Assembly: GCA_963664015.2 (NCBI GenBank)
Contig: CAXXLF010000002.1
Location: forward strand, 416,001 to 480,000
Direction of reading: 5' to 3'
Origin: Candidatus Binatia bacterium
GTDB lineage: Bacteria; Desulfobacterota; Binatia; UBA9968; CAXXLF01
DNA length: 64,000 nucleotides
Shown: in pieces, positions 9,155 to 18,379 of the stretch
Position numbering within the stretch: the stretch's first letter is position 1
Layout of the letters: every line of letters begins with the position of its first letter
The notes under the pieces: model-generated
Told to the model about the DNA's origin: nothing
Database searches by the model: none
What the model saw: the letters and a program-made list of their open reading frames with translations, nothing else
Program-made: the position numbers and the translations under genes

Positions 9155-10417
9155 CGCATAGACAACGTCGCCCGTCTCGTCCCCCGCTCCCTCCCTTCCC
9201 TCATAGGGAAAAGTCACGCACTGGTTAATGGCGGGGTCGCGAAAGACGTTCATTGGATCCTTGCCGTCCTCCATAGTCTCGATCTGCTCACTCAGTAAAC
9301 GGCGAAACAGGATAACCCCCACGTCCGACTCGCCCAACTGTTCCAGATGCCGTTGGGTGCGGGGGCCTTGAGAGCTCCAAGCCATATTGTCCTGACCGCT
9401 GTTGTTTTCCAGGCGCTGCCATACGGGTACGCCGAATTCGTCCACGCCGGACAGCGGAACCTTGTAAGTCGGAATATCCTCGGACATCTGTTGTACGCCC
9501 TCCTCATCGGGCAGCGGCGTGCGGCAGGTGTACCAAATGTAATAGGTGTGGGTGTCGTCCATGGGAACCCGAATCTGGAAGCCCCCACCCCCTGCCCCAT
9601 GCTCGTAATTGGGAAAAAGAATCGGGTGGCCGATGCGCCATGACGCGGAGGTCTCCTCCGACTCACCCTGAAGCAACCGGTGTTTGGTAATACCGTGCTC
9701 GAACACCTTGAAGTCCACCTTGACGTGGTGCACAACCTTCGCTCCTGTGCGCCAGTAGTCGACAGGGGTCTGGCCCTTGGGACGCCCCGGTTCACCGTCA
9801 GGGCCACGCAGGCTACCTTTATCCTCCAACAGTCCCATCTGCTCGAGAACGTAGTTGGTAAAGTAACGGTGCAGGTATTCGCCGTGGACCGGATCCAGGG
9901 AATTTTCCATGATCTGGAGCCAGTTGCAGGGGACCACCGCCCAGCCGATGTCCCGGATCGAGTTCTCCAGCACGAAGGGATACCAGCGCGGTACCAGGGG
10001 AACCGGTTCCGGTCCCAGGTAAGCAAAGACGAGCCCACCGAGCTCTTGCACTGGATAGGCCTTGAGTTTGACCCGGCACTTGAATGTGCTATCGGCTGGC
10101 TCGGCGGGCATTTCTAAACACTGCCCCGTATGATCGTAAAGCCAGCCATGATAGGGACAGCGTAGCCCCTCATTCTCGGGAATGCCGTACAGCAGGTTCA
10201 CTCTCCGGTGTGCACAGGCTTCATCGATAAGACCCAGCCGCCCCTGACGGTCCTTGTACAGGACTAAAGACTCTCCAAGGAGCCTAACGGCCCTGGTTGG
10301 GTTCTTTTTAAGCTCCGAATAAGCGGTGATGGGTTGCCAGTATCGGCGCATCAACTCCCCCATAGGGGTTCCCGGACCAACCTGCGTCAACCGGTTGTTT
10401 TGTTCATCGGTTAGCAT
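9149..10417 (-). CDS. Rieske oxygenase alpha subunit, C-terminally truncated by the IS
   Basis: CAHR/CPYHGW, ENSLDPVHGEYLH, GQD; stop codon lies inside the IS right end; AGGAGG RBS. Confidence 0.9.
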   Translation of the reverse strand: MLTDEQNNRLTQVGPGTPMGELMRRYWQPITAYSELKKNPTRAVRLLGESLVLYKDRQGRLGLIDEACAHRRVNLLYGIPENEGLRCPYHGWLYDHTGQCLEMPAEPADSTFKCRVKLKAYPVQELGGLVFAYLGPEPVPLVPRWYPFVLENSIRDIGWAVVPCNWLQIMENSLDPVHGEYLHRYFTNYVLEQMGLLEDKGSLRGPDGEPGRPKGQTPVDYWRTGAKVVHHVKVDFKVFEHGITKHRLLQGESEETSASWRIGHPILFPNYEHGAGGGGFQIRVPMDDTHTYYIWYTCRTPLPDEEGVQQMSEDIPTYKVPLSGVDEFGVPVWQRLENNSGQDNMAWSSQGPRTQRHLEQLGESDVGVILFRRLLSEQIETMEDGKDPMNVFRDPAINQCVTFPYEGREGAGDETGDVVYAC

Positions 10418-10579
10418 CTACGCCTCCTAGCCATTGGGCACACCTGAACCCCGCTACGGACTCACATTCACGGGATATAAAACCACCGCAGCTACCGGTC
10501 TGTCAATAACAACGAGGGTCTAGACATTTTCCACCGTGGAAGCTAATGATCTAATTGTACCTTGAGGATACGAGAAAGA

Positions 10580-11746
10580 ATGGAACCGGAACTTTACCGC
10601 GATTTCGAACATACGGGTCCGAGAACCCTCGCCGGGCGCTATATGCGCACCTTCTGGCAGCCGATCTACCGCGCCGAGGACCTCCTCCCGGGGCACGCAA
10701 TCCCCATCCGAATCATGAGCGAGGATTTCACGCTGTACCGCGGCCATGGCGGAAGGCCTCACCTCGTTAATTTTCGCTGCGCTCACCGCGGGGCACAACT
10801 CTCCACCGGTTGGGTTGAAGACGACTGCATCCGCTGCCGTTACCACGGTTGGAAGTACGATGGTTCGGGACAGTGTATCGAGCAGCCAGGAGAAGAGGCC
10901 ACTTTCAAAAAAAAGGTAAAGATCCGCACCTATCCGACGCGCGAATACCTAGGACTCACATTTGCTTTTTTGGGAGAAGGAGAAGCCCCGCCTTTCAGAA
11001 GCTTTCCTCATTTTGAAGGCCCGGGGCTCCTCCTCATCCTCCCGCGGGAGACCTGGCCATGCAACTATTTCAATCGCATGGACAACGATCCCGACCCGTT
11101 TCACGTGGTATTCACCCACCATGAGTCGGTTCACCGGGCTCAACTACAGGGACGTTATACCAAACGACGGGTGAGCGCCGAAGTGACCCCTTACGGCGTG
11201 AGGGAGACGGTGCGCCTGCCCAATTCGGGATTCGACTTCCTGCACCAATATATGCCAAACGTATTTCAGCTCCGTGTGCGCACCGGTGTGGTCAGCGCTC
11301 GGGGTGCAGATGAAAAAAAGGTATGGGAGGATCGCCTGATCTGGGCCGTGCCCCTTGACGATGAAAACAGTTATCGCTTCGAGATCGATCTGGCGGATGT
11401 GAGCGGTTTCGAGGCCAAAACTTTGGATGCCGATCGCCGGAAACAAGCCCAACGGTCCGGCGACAGCCTGAATTGGTACGGCGAAGAGATCCTGGCCGGG
11501 AAGCTCAGCATTGAAGACCTGAGACGAGACCTCAGTACTTATGAAATTTTCCGGGTCGAAGACTATGTCGTTCAAGTCGGCCAAGGTAGAATCGCCAACC
11601 GATCCGCCGAGCACCTCACCTACCTCGACGCGGGAGTCGTGCTCAAAAGAAAGCTCTGGGAACGCGAGCTCAAGTTGCTCGCCGAGAGCAAACCCCTCAC
11701 CCAGTGGACCATTCCATCCGTACGGGACAATGAGTTGAGAGACTAG
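10580..11746 (+). CDS. Rieske oxygenase alpha subunit
   Basis: CAHR/CRYHGW, DNDPDPFHVVFTH, VEDY. Confidence 0.9.
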   Translation: MEPELYRDFEHTGPRTLAGRYMRTFWQPIYRAEDLLPGHAIPIRIMSEDFTLYRGHGGRPHLVNFRCAHRGAQLSTGWVEDDCIRCRYHGWKYDGSGQCIEQPGEEATFKKKVKIRTYPTREYLGLTFAFLGEGEAPPFRSFPHFEGPGLLLILPRETWPCNYFNRMDNDPDPFHVVFTHHESVHRAQLQGRYTKRRVSAEVTPYGVRETVRLPNSGFDFLHQYMPNVFQLRVRTGVVSARGADEKKVWEDRLIWAVPLDDENSYRFEIDLADVSGFEAKTLDADRRKQAQRSGDSLNWYGEEILAGKLSIEDLRRDLSTYEIFRVEDYVVQVGQGRIANRSAEHLTYLDAGVVLKRKLWERELKLLAESKPLTQWTIPSVRDNELRD

Positions 11747-11788
11747 TCCGGCCCACCTGCGCAATCGAAAAGAATCCTCGCGCCAGGA

Positions 11789-11968
11789 CTTCGTCGTGAG
11801 CTCCCTTCGAGTCTGAGCCTCAGGGTCGAAGACAGTCGAACGACGCCAAGATCGCAAAGAAACATCTTTTTCCAATCTTCTCCGAACTTATTGTCCTTTG
11901 TGGTTCGGCCGATTCGACAGGTTCAGGGTCCTGGTGAAGTACTCGAACTATGAGTCCATCGAGGGGCG
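11789..11968. repeat. REP-like palindromic elements
   Basis: TTCGA...TCAG...TCGAA imperfect palindromes (CTTCGAGTCTGAGCCTCAGGGTCGAAG; TTCGACAGGTTCAGGGTCC). Confidence 0.45.
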
Positions 11969-12138
11969 GCATTGAGCGAACTCCTCCTATGCTTAGGTTT
12001 CGGAGAATCGCTTGAAGCCCTGGCGAAGGGGAGAATTTTGTTGAGCTTGTTGCCTTCAACACTTTACTGGTAAGAATCTCAAGGTTAGACTTTTAGACCC
12101 GTCTGGGGTATTTTGCAGCCATCAGGAGGGAAGATAAA

Positions 12139-13326
12139 ATGGGATCAGAAGCCTATCGTGATTTCGAGCATACGGAACCTGGAACCCTTGCCGGCCGCTA
12201 TATGCGTAGCTTCTGGCATCCAGTTTCTCGAGGCGAGGATCTGGCGCCGGGACAGGCGATCCCCATTTTAATCATGGGTGAAAGCTTCACTCTTTTCCGC
12301 GGTGAAAGTCGCGAGTGCTATCTGGTGGCCTCCCGTTGTGCCCACCGCGGGACACAACTCTCCACCGGGTGGGTTGAGAAAGATTGCATTCGATGCCGCT
12401 ATCACGGGTGGAAGTACGACGGATCGGGCCAGTGTGTCGAGCAGCCTGGAGAAGAGGCTACCGACCGGAGTCGAGTTAAGATTCGCGCCTATCCGGTGCG
12501 TGAATATCTGGGTCTTATCTTCGCCTACTTGGGTGACGGTGAGCCACCGTCCTTCAGACGCTACCCCCAATTCGAGGCGTCCGGACTTCTTATCACCCTC
12601 CCACCGGAACACTGGCCGTGTAACTATTATAACCGCCTCGACAATGACGCCGACGGTTTTCATGTGCTCTACACCCACCACGAGTCAATCCAGCGGACCG
12701 GGAGACTGAATCGATATACGGAACGGGGAGTCGGCGCCGAGTTGACCCCCTACGGAGTAAGAACAAGTGTCCGTATGCCGGGTTCAGAACTCGACTATCT
12801 CTATCAGTACATGCCCAACATTAACCAGATCCGGGTGCGCACCGGTGTAGCCAGTGCGCGTGGTGCAGACGAGACAAAGGTCTGGGAGGATCGACTTACC
12901 TGGGCGGTGCCCATCGATGACCGGAACAGCCTTCGATTCGAGATCAACCTAGTCCATGTGACCGGTGAAGCGGCCACCGCTTTGGGAATCAGCCGCCGGG
13001 AACAAAACGAGAGCGGGAGAGACTTCGCCAATCAGTGGGGAGAAAAGATCCTGGCCGGCGAACTGAGTATTGAGGATATGAACCGGGAGTTCAGTACCTA
13101 TGAGCTGTTTCGCGTGGAAGACTACGTCGTCCAGGTGGGTCAAGGACAAATGGCAAACCGCTCCGCAGATCGTCTAGCGCAGATCGATACGGGGGTTGTT
13201 CTCAGGCGAAAACTCTGGGAGCGAGAGTTGATGGCCCTTGTCGATGGCCAACCCCTTACCGAATGGATCATTCCCGAGGTGCGAGACGAAGCGCCGAGGG
13301 AGCAGACAGCCCCGCTTGAGGTATAA
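12139..13326 (+). CDS. Rieske oxygenase alpha subunit, tandem paralog of 10580-11746
   Basis: Collinear with the neighbour; shared blocks CIRCRYHGWKYDGSGQC, SARGADE, FRVEDYVVQVGQG. Confidence 0.9.
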   Translation: MGSEAYRDFEHTEPGTLAGRYMRSFWHPVSRGEDLAPGQAIPILIMGESFTLFRGESRECYLVASRCAHRGTQLSTGWVEKDCIRCRYHGWKYDGSGQCVEQPGEEATDRSRVKIRAYPVREYLGLIFAYLGDGEPPSFRRYPQFEASGLLITLPPEHWPCNYYNRLDNDADGFHVLYTHHESIQRTGRLNRYTERGVGAELTPYGVRTSVRMPGSELDYLYQYMPNINQIRVRTGVASARGADETKVWEDRLTWAVPIDDRNSLRFEINLVHVTGEAATALGISRREQNESGRDFANQWGEKILAGELSIEDMNREFSTYELFRVEDYVVQVGQGQMANRSADRLAQIDTGVVLRRKLWERELMALVDGQPLTEWIIPEVRDEAPREQTAPLEV

Positions 13327-13359
13327 GACCACTAACTATCCTACAAAGGAGTCCAATCT

Positions 13360-14007
13360 ATGGGTGTACTGGAATCTTTGAGTCTCGCCATGGGCGTGGC
13401 CTGGACCTCGGGCATTAACCTCTATGCAACAGTAGCGGTACTGGGCCTCGCCGGTAAATATGAGATGATCCAACTCCCGCCCGAGCTATCGATTCTGATG
13501 CATCCGGTCGTCATTGTCGCGGCCTCGGCCATGTACCTGATCGAGTTTTTCGCCGATAAAATACCCTACGTGGATAACGGGTGGGATGTCCTGCACACCT
13601 TTATTCGAATTCCTGCTGGGGCCGTACTAGCGGCGAAGGCCGTGGGGGACGTTGGGCCCGCCCTGGAGGTCGCGGCCATTTTGGCTGGCGGCGCCGTTGC
13701 CATGGCCGCCCACGGAACCAAAGCAACCACCCGTCTCGCCATTAACACGAGTCCGGAACCTTTCACCAACTGGTTTTTCAGCGTTGGTGAAGACCTAGCC
13801 GTCTTGGGAGCCCTCTGGTTGACCTTCAACCATCCCATGATTATGTTAATTTTCGTTCTCCTCTTCATCGCCCTGGCCGCATGGCTGATACCCAAGATAT
13901 TTAAACTGGTCAAGGCCGGCTTCCAATTGCTCAAGTCCCATTTCACGAAAAATCATGGACCGAGTTCCCCTCCCGGCCCTTCACCATCAGCAAGAGAACA
14001 CTCATAG
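13360..14007 (+). CDS. DUF4126-family membrane protein
   Basis: SGINLYA, EFFADKIPYVD, NTSPEPFTN motifs; AAGGAG RBS. Confidence 0.8.
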   Translation: MGVLESLSLAMGVAWTSGINLYATVAVLGLAGKYEMIQLPPELSILMHPVVIVAASAMYLIEFFADKIPYVDNGWDVLHTFIRIPAGAVLAAKAVGDVGPALEVAAILAGGAVAMAAHGTKATTRLAINTSPEPFTNWFFSVGEDLAVLGALWLTFNHPMIMLIFVLLFIALAAWLIPKIFKLVKAGFQLLKSHFTKNHGPSSPPGPSPSAREHS

Positions 14008-14050
14008 ATCAAACCTTTACATGAACTATCGAAACCCTAACAGAAGCCCC

Positions 14051-14649
14051 ATGTATCGATTCATCTTTACCATTTGGATTTTCGTGATCCTGCTCACTGC
14101 TTTCCCCGTTGCTCCTCAGTGGCAGGATTTTTAGAGGGCTTCGGGGTAGGTAAAAAAGGGGGCATGAACGATACAAAGATCCAATCAGGGTTAAAAGAGG
14201 CGCTTAAGGTTGGAACGGCCAACACCGTCAATTTGACGGGGCGCACCGACGGGTATTTTCGCAACGAAGCCATAAAGATTCTGATGCCCAAGAGCCTAAA
14301 GACTCTGGACAAAGGATTGAGGCTCGTGGAATACGGCGATCAAGTAGACCAGCTCGTACTAAGCATGAACCGTTCCGCAGAGAAGGCCGCCCCGTTTGCC
14401 AAGCAAATGTTCCTGGATGCCATCCAAAGATGAGCTTTGAAGATGCTCAAAAGATTTTTCCCCGGTGGAGGAACCGCCGCAACCGACTATTTCAAAGGCA
14501 AAACCAGCAAACAACTCGCAGCTGCATTCCGCCGCGTTGTCGAAAAATCAATGAATCAGGTTGGAGGGACCCGGCAATATAAGAATCTAGTGGGACGCTA
14601 TGAGGACATTCCTTTCGCAAAGGGTTTCACCTTTGACGTGGATCAGTAA
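14051..14649 (+). pseudogene. DUF4197-family protein, frameshifted and truncated
   Basis: GLKEALKVG, IKILMP, SMNRSAEKAAP, AATDYF spread over several frames; ends at FDVDQ*. Confidence 0.75.
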
Positions 14650-14686
14650 GTAGTAGAGCAGTAAAGCGACTCGTGATGCCGTTACC

Positions 14687-14908
14687 GTGACTGTTGGGTT
14701 GGTTATATTCTGGCCCGCATTGTTTTTCCTTGCCAGTGGCGACAGGAGCCAAGAGTTGGCGCGGCTCAAGGGAGAAGCCGAAGCCTTGGAGCAATCTGCG
14801 ATTCAAAAGAATTGCAAGAGATTACTGGAGCAGATAGAACGTGAACGAAAAGAAATCGCGAAACGAAAGAAGGTGTCCAAGGCCGAAGAACCAGGAGAAG
14901 ACAGCTGA
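14687..14908 (+). pseudogene. 5'-truncated hypothetical membrane/lipoprotein fragment
   Basis: VGLVIFWPALFF...ELARLKGE...AIQKNC resembles the C-terminal half of a small protein; no credible start. Confidence 0.45.
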
Positions 14909-14915
14909 GGAACAC

Positions 14916-15609
14916 CTACTTCTCCCCCAGCTCCATCTCATACTGATCGTTCTGAAGCACAAAGGCACGCTTGAGGCTGCGTTGGAATTGCCCCCAATTC
15001 GGTGCGGCTCTCATTAGCGCAGTTACAGCGGCTAGATGCTCTTTGAGCCTTGGGTGTCCATAGTCTGGTTGAACCACTGGTGATGACGATCTCTGCGGTG
15101 ACCGACTGGCAGTGTCGGGTTTTTCTCGCGTAGCTCTTTAAGTACACTGGGTGCGATACGGGCATATACGATGTCATTGGTGTAGTGGCCAATAACCTGT
15201 GGACGTTTCACGCCGTCTGGTTCCGGCCACCCCTTCAATCGAAGAAACTGGCTGTAAAATTCATAAGGGAAAGTCTTGGTCCAAGGTTGAAGTTCCTTAG
15301 CGATGAACTGTTCAAGAATTGTAGCAAGAGCACGTTGTGCTCGGACCTTTTCTTATCCGGTGGCTTCATCGACTAGGGCGATGATCCCGACGCGAGCAAA
15401 TTTATGGCCCTCCCCTTCACGAAACTAAACAATCGATCACAACCGCCTCCCTGGGCACTGCCCAGAGCCATTCCAAGGCCCGTAATCATTGCGCTTTGCA
15501 CCAATACCCGCGTCTCATCTTCCAGCACATAGCATGGAATTTGGTTCCCCCCGATTATAAGCGGGTGATCCGGTGTTCCAGCAATAACCTTGAGGGGTTG
15601 TTTCTTCAT
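14916..15609 (-). pseudogene. P63C-domain protein remnant (probable IS1595 passenger)
   Basis: IPCYVLEDETRVL; GIIALVDEATG*; AKELQPWTKTFPYEFY; HYTNDIVYARIAP across stops and frameshifts. Confidence 0.75.
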
Positions 15610-16436
15610 ACGGTCACCCCCAGTCCGCGGTTGATGGTAGAGTTAAAGGCCACGAGAGAGTTTTCCTTGCACAGGTTGTAGCGGTAGCAGAACTCATCAA
15701 CGTAGCGTTGCAGGTGCCTACGGCTGACGCTGTGAAACTGGCCGAACATTCCACGCTTCAAGCCTGCCCAAAACCCCTCGATTGTGATGCTGTGAATATC
15801 GCCGTCCACATACCAGTCTTGATGCTTGATGACGGAATGAGGCAGAACCTTGGACATGCCGAGTTATCCCTTGTACTCATCCGTGATTAAGCGGGCAGTT
15901 AAGGTATCGACTCGGTCCCGAACGAAGGCCCGCATGTGCCGACCCTTCATCTTCTCCTTACCAACAGACTTCGCCGTGACATTGCCCCCACGTTCCACAG
16001 CCGCGATCACCGGAGCCTTTGCGGTTTCACGTCCTCTTTTGTGTTCCCCGTTAGGTCCGTCCCCTAGGGTGCCTTTCCTCGGCTTCCCGCCTATATAGGT
16101 TTGATCCATTTCAACTATGCCGGTGAGTATCCCACGCTGTTCACTTTGAGTCATGGATTTACGGATCTGCATAGCGATCCGCTATGCCGTGTTCTTGTTT
16201 ACTTTAAGATCGCGTGATAGTTGAAGAGCAGAAAGCCGCTTCTTGGCGTTCAATACCAGCATGACCGCGAGGAACCACTTTTGAAGTGGCATATGGGTAT
16301 GGTGAAAGATGGTCCCCACTGTTACGCTAAAAGAGGTTCGACACTTATAACAGCGGTGCCGGTGTTCGCTGCGCGCCGTCTTGGTAGACTTGCAATAAGA
16401 ACAGACCGGCTTGCCCTTCCAGCGCGCCGTTTCTAA
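15606..16436 (-). pseudogene. IS1595-family (ISXO2-like) transposase remnant
   Basis: Zn ribbon CSYC/CYKC, VEMDQTYIGG, ITDEYKG, IEGFWAGLKRG..YVDEFCYRYN; TAG near 16183, frameshift near 15864, N-terminus missing. Confidence 0.85.
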
Positions 16437-17157
16437 TAGATAGCGTCATTATGTGCCACGGGGGCAACGAAAACCGTGAATAGGATCCCGCCATTTGCTA
16501 AAGGGCAGCGGCAACAACACCGCCGAATCCGGCTGAATACAGGTTGACCTGAGTGTTGGGTATCGCACGGTATAGAAACGTGAATGCAGTACTGAGAAAC
16601 AGAAAGGGGATCACAACATGACTCGCAGTTGCCACAACGACTCCCAGGTGCTTGATTTGGAGAATCCACTGTACCAACCAATAGCTTCGAGCAGAGGCAG
16701 TCAGTGCAAAGGCGGCAAAGACCAGGATCGGCCCTACCAGGACCACACTCAGATAGTCGCTGAACATTCGATCCAGTCCCCGGGACCGCCGAACACGCCA
16801 TATGGCATTCAACGAATCCTCGATCTTTCCTATGAGCGAGATCACGGTGTAGAACAGAAACGCCACTCCCAATGCTCCGAGCACACCCACTCTGAGACTG
16901 TTTACGAACTCGATCACGCGAGCGCTAATCTCAATGCCCCCGGAGCCGAGGGGCTTTAACGCCTGGGCGAGAAAAGGCTCGAGCTGATTTTGTACTCCAA
17001 ATGCCTTGAGTACGGAAAAGGCTAAAGCCAAGAAAGGGACCAGAGACAGGAATGTGGTGAAAGTCAGACCGATGGCACTAGGCTCAACATATCCTGCTCG
17101 AACCTGGACCAGGTCACGATACCAAAGCGATAGGAATGCACCTTCACCAGAGGACAT
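16437..17157 (-). pseudogene. YihY/virulence factor BrkB membrane protein, truncated
   Basis: LTFTTFLSLVPFLA, IEDSLNAIWRV, LYRAIPNTQV; TAG at 16498-16500, remainder stops at AIY. Confidence 0.8.
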
Positions 17158-17283
17158 ATGGGCCTTACCCGCTTTAGATACAGGCCTAGTAATTTCTCTT
17201 TACGCAATCGATAACGCATTTAAAGGATTCCGGAGACAAAATATGTAATTGAGAGGGGAAATTCCCTCAAGTTCCCAATTTTA

Positions 17284-17299
17284 TGCAAGAAACATGCCA
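17284..17299 (-). promoter_or_regulatory. sigma54 -24/-12 promoter upstream of the YihY remnant
   Basis: TGGCATGTTTCTTGCA (GG-N10-GC). Confidence 0.7.
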
Positions 17300-17587
17300 A
17301 TGGGAGGGTCGTGCCTCAACCTTCCAAGGCATCGAAAGAGCAAAGCTCCGGCTCGTGTCTAGGTTTGATGAAGGGGACGGTTCTTGAATGAAGTCCAAGA
17401 CTGTGCGGCCTGGGATCCTGAGCGGACACTCGTTGAATACAGCGTGCCTCGGCCAGGAAAGCCTAAAAGCAAGTTGGCAAGTTAACTAGGTAGCTAGCGA
17501 ATCAAATCATACCCACCACTGGTCTCGAATCCCCGTGGTCGAGCAAATTAAAGTATTACCGATCCTCCCCGTTGGAAGTCGCATCAG

Positions 17588-17666
17588 TCCTTCGACTTTG
17601 CTCAGGATGGTGAGCTTGTGGTTCGAGTTACCTCACCGCCATGAGCCTGGCGATGGGTCGAACCAT
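17588..17666. repeat. REP-like palindromic element
   Basis: CCTTCGACTTTGCTCAGGATGGTGAGC...GTCGAACCAT, same style as 11789-11968. Confidence 0.5.
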
Positions 17667-17702
17667 CATGGTCCCGCGGTAAGCCGACCGGGTTTATTAT
17701 AT

Positions 17703-18353
17703 TTAATATATGATGTCTCCGGTTCGCTCCCAGCGAACCCAGCGATCCTTGCCGTCCCAGGACCAGTAAATGACAAAGGCTTTTCCCTTGATGTCTTTGA
17801 AATTAACAAAGCCCCAAAACCGGCTGTCATAGCTGCGATCACGGTTGTCCCCCATGACAAAGATATGTCCCTGGGGAACCGTCCTTGGACCGTAGTTGTC
17901 CCGGCGCCGGATCCCACCATGGATGACTGGGCCGTCTTCAAAGAATGCGTGGGTATCCTTGATGAGCTCACTGTTGACGTAGACCTGCTTATCGCGGATC
18001 TCCACTTGATCACCCTCAACAGCGATAACTCTCTTGATGAAATCCTTGGTGCGGTCAACGGGGTAAACAAAGACCACCACCTCTCCGCCTTTCGGTTTAC
18101 CAAAACGTAGTGTGTAGCGTTCAAGAAATGGCATACGGATCCCATAGGCCAGCTTGTTGACCAGGATATGGTCCCCGATCTGGAGTGTGGGCAACATGGA
18201 TCCGGAGGGAATTTTGAATGCCTGGACAATGAAGGTCCGTATAAAAAGGGCCGCGATCAAGGCAATGCTTATGGCCTCGAGATATTCACGGACGACCGAC
18301 TTCCCTCGTTTTGCTGCTTCTTCCACCTCGCCAATTTCCTCCTTGCCACGCAT
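17703..18353 (-). CDS. lepB: Signal peptidase I
   Basis: IPSGSMLPTL, FIKRV, MGDNRDRSYDSRFWG; follows lepA. Confidence 0.96.
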   Translation of the reverse strand: MRGKEEIGEVEEAAKRGKSVVREYLEAISIALIAALFIRTFIVQAFKIPSGSMLPTLQIGDHILVNKLAYGIRMPFLERYTLRFGKPKGGEVVVFVYPVDRTKDFIKRVIAVEGDQVEIRDKQVYVNSELIKDTHAFFEDGPVIHGGIRRRDNYGPRTVPQGHIFVMGDNRDRSYDSRFWGFVNFKDIKGKAFVIYWSWDGKDRWVRWERTGDIIY

Positions 18354-18379
18354 TGGGTATCTACTATAGCCGTATCGGG

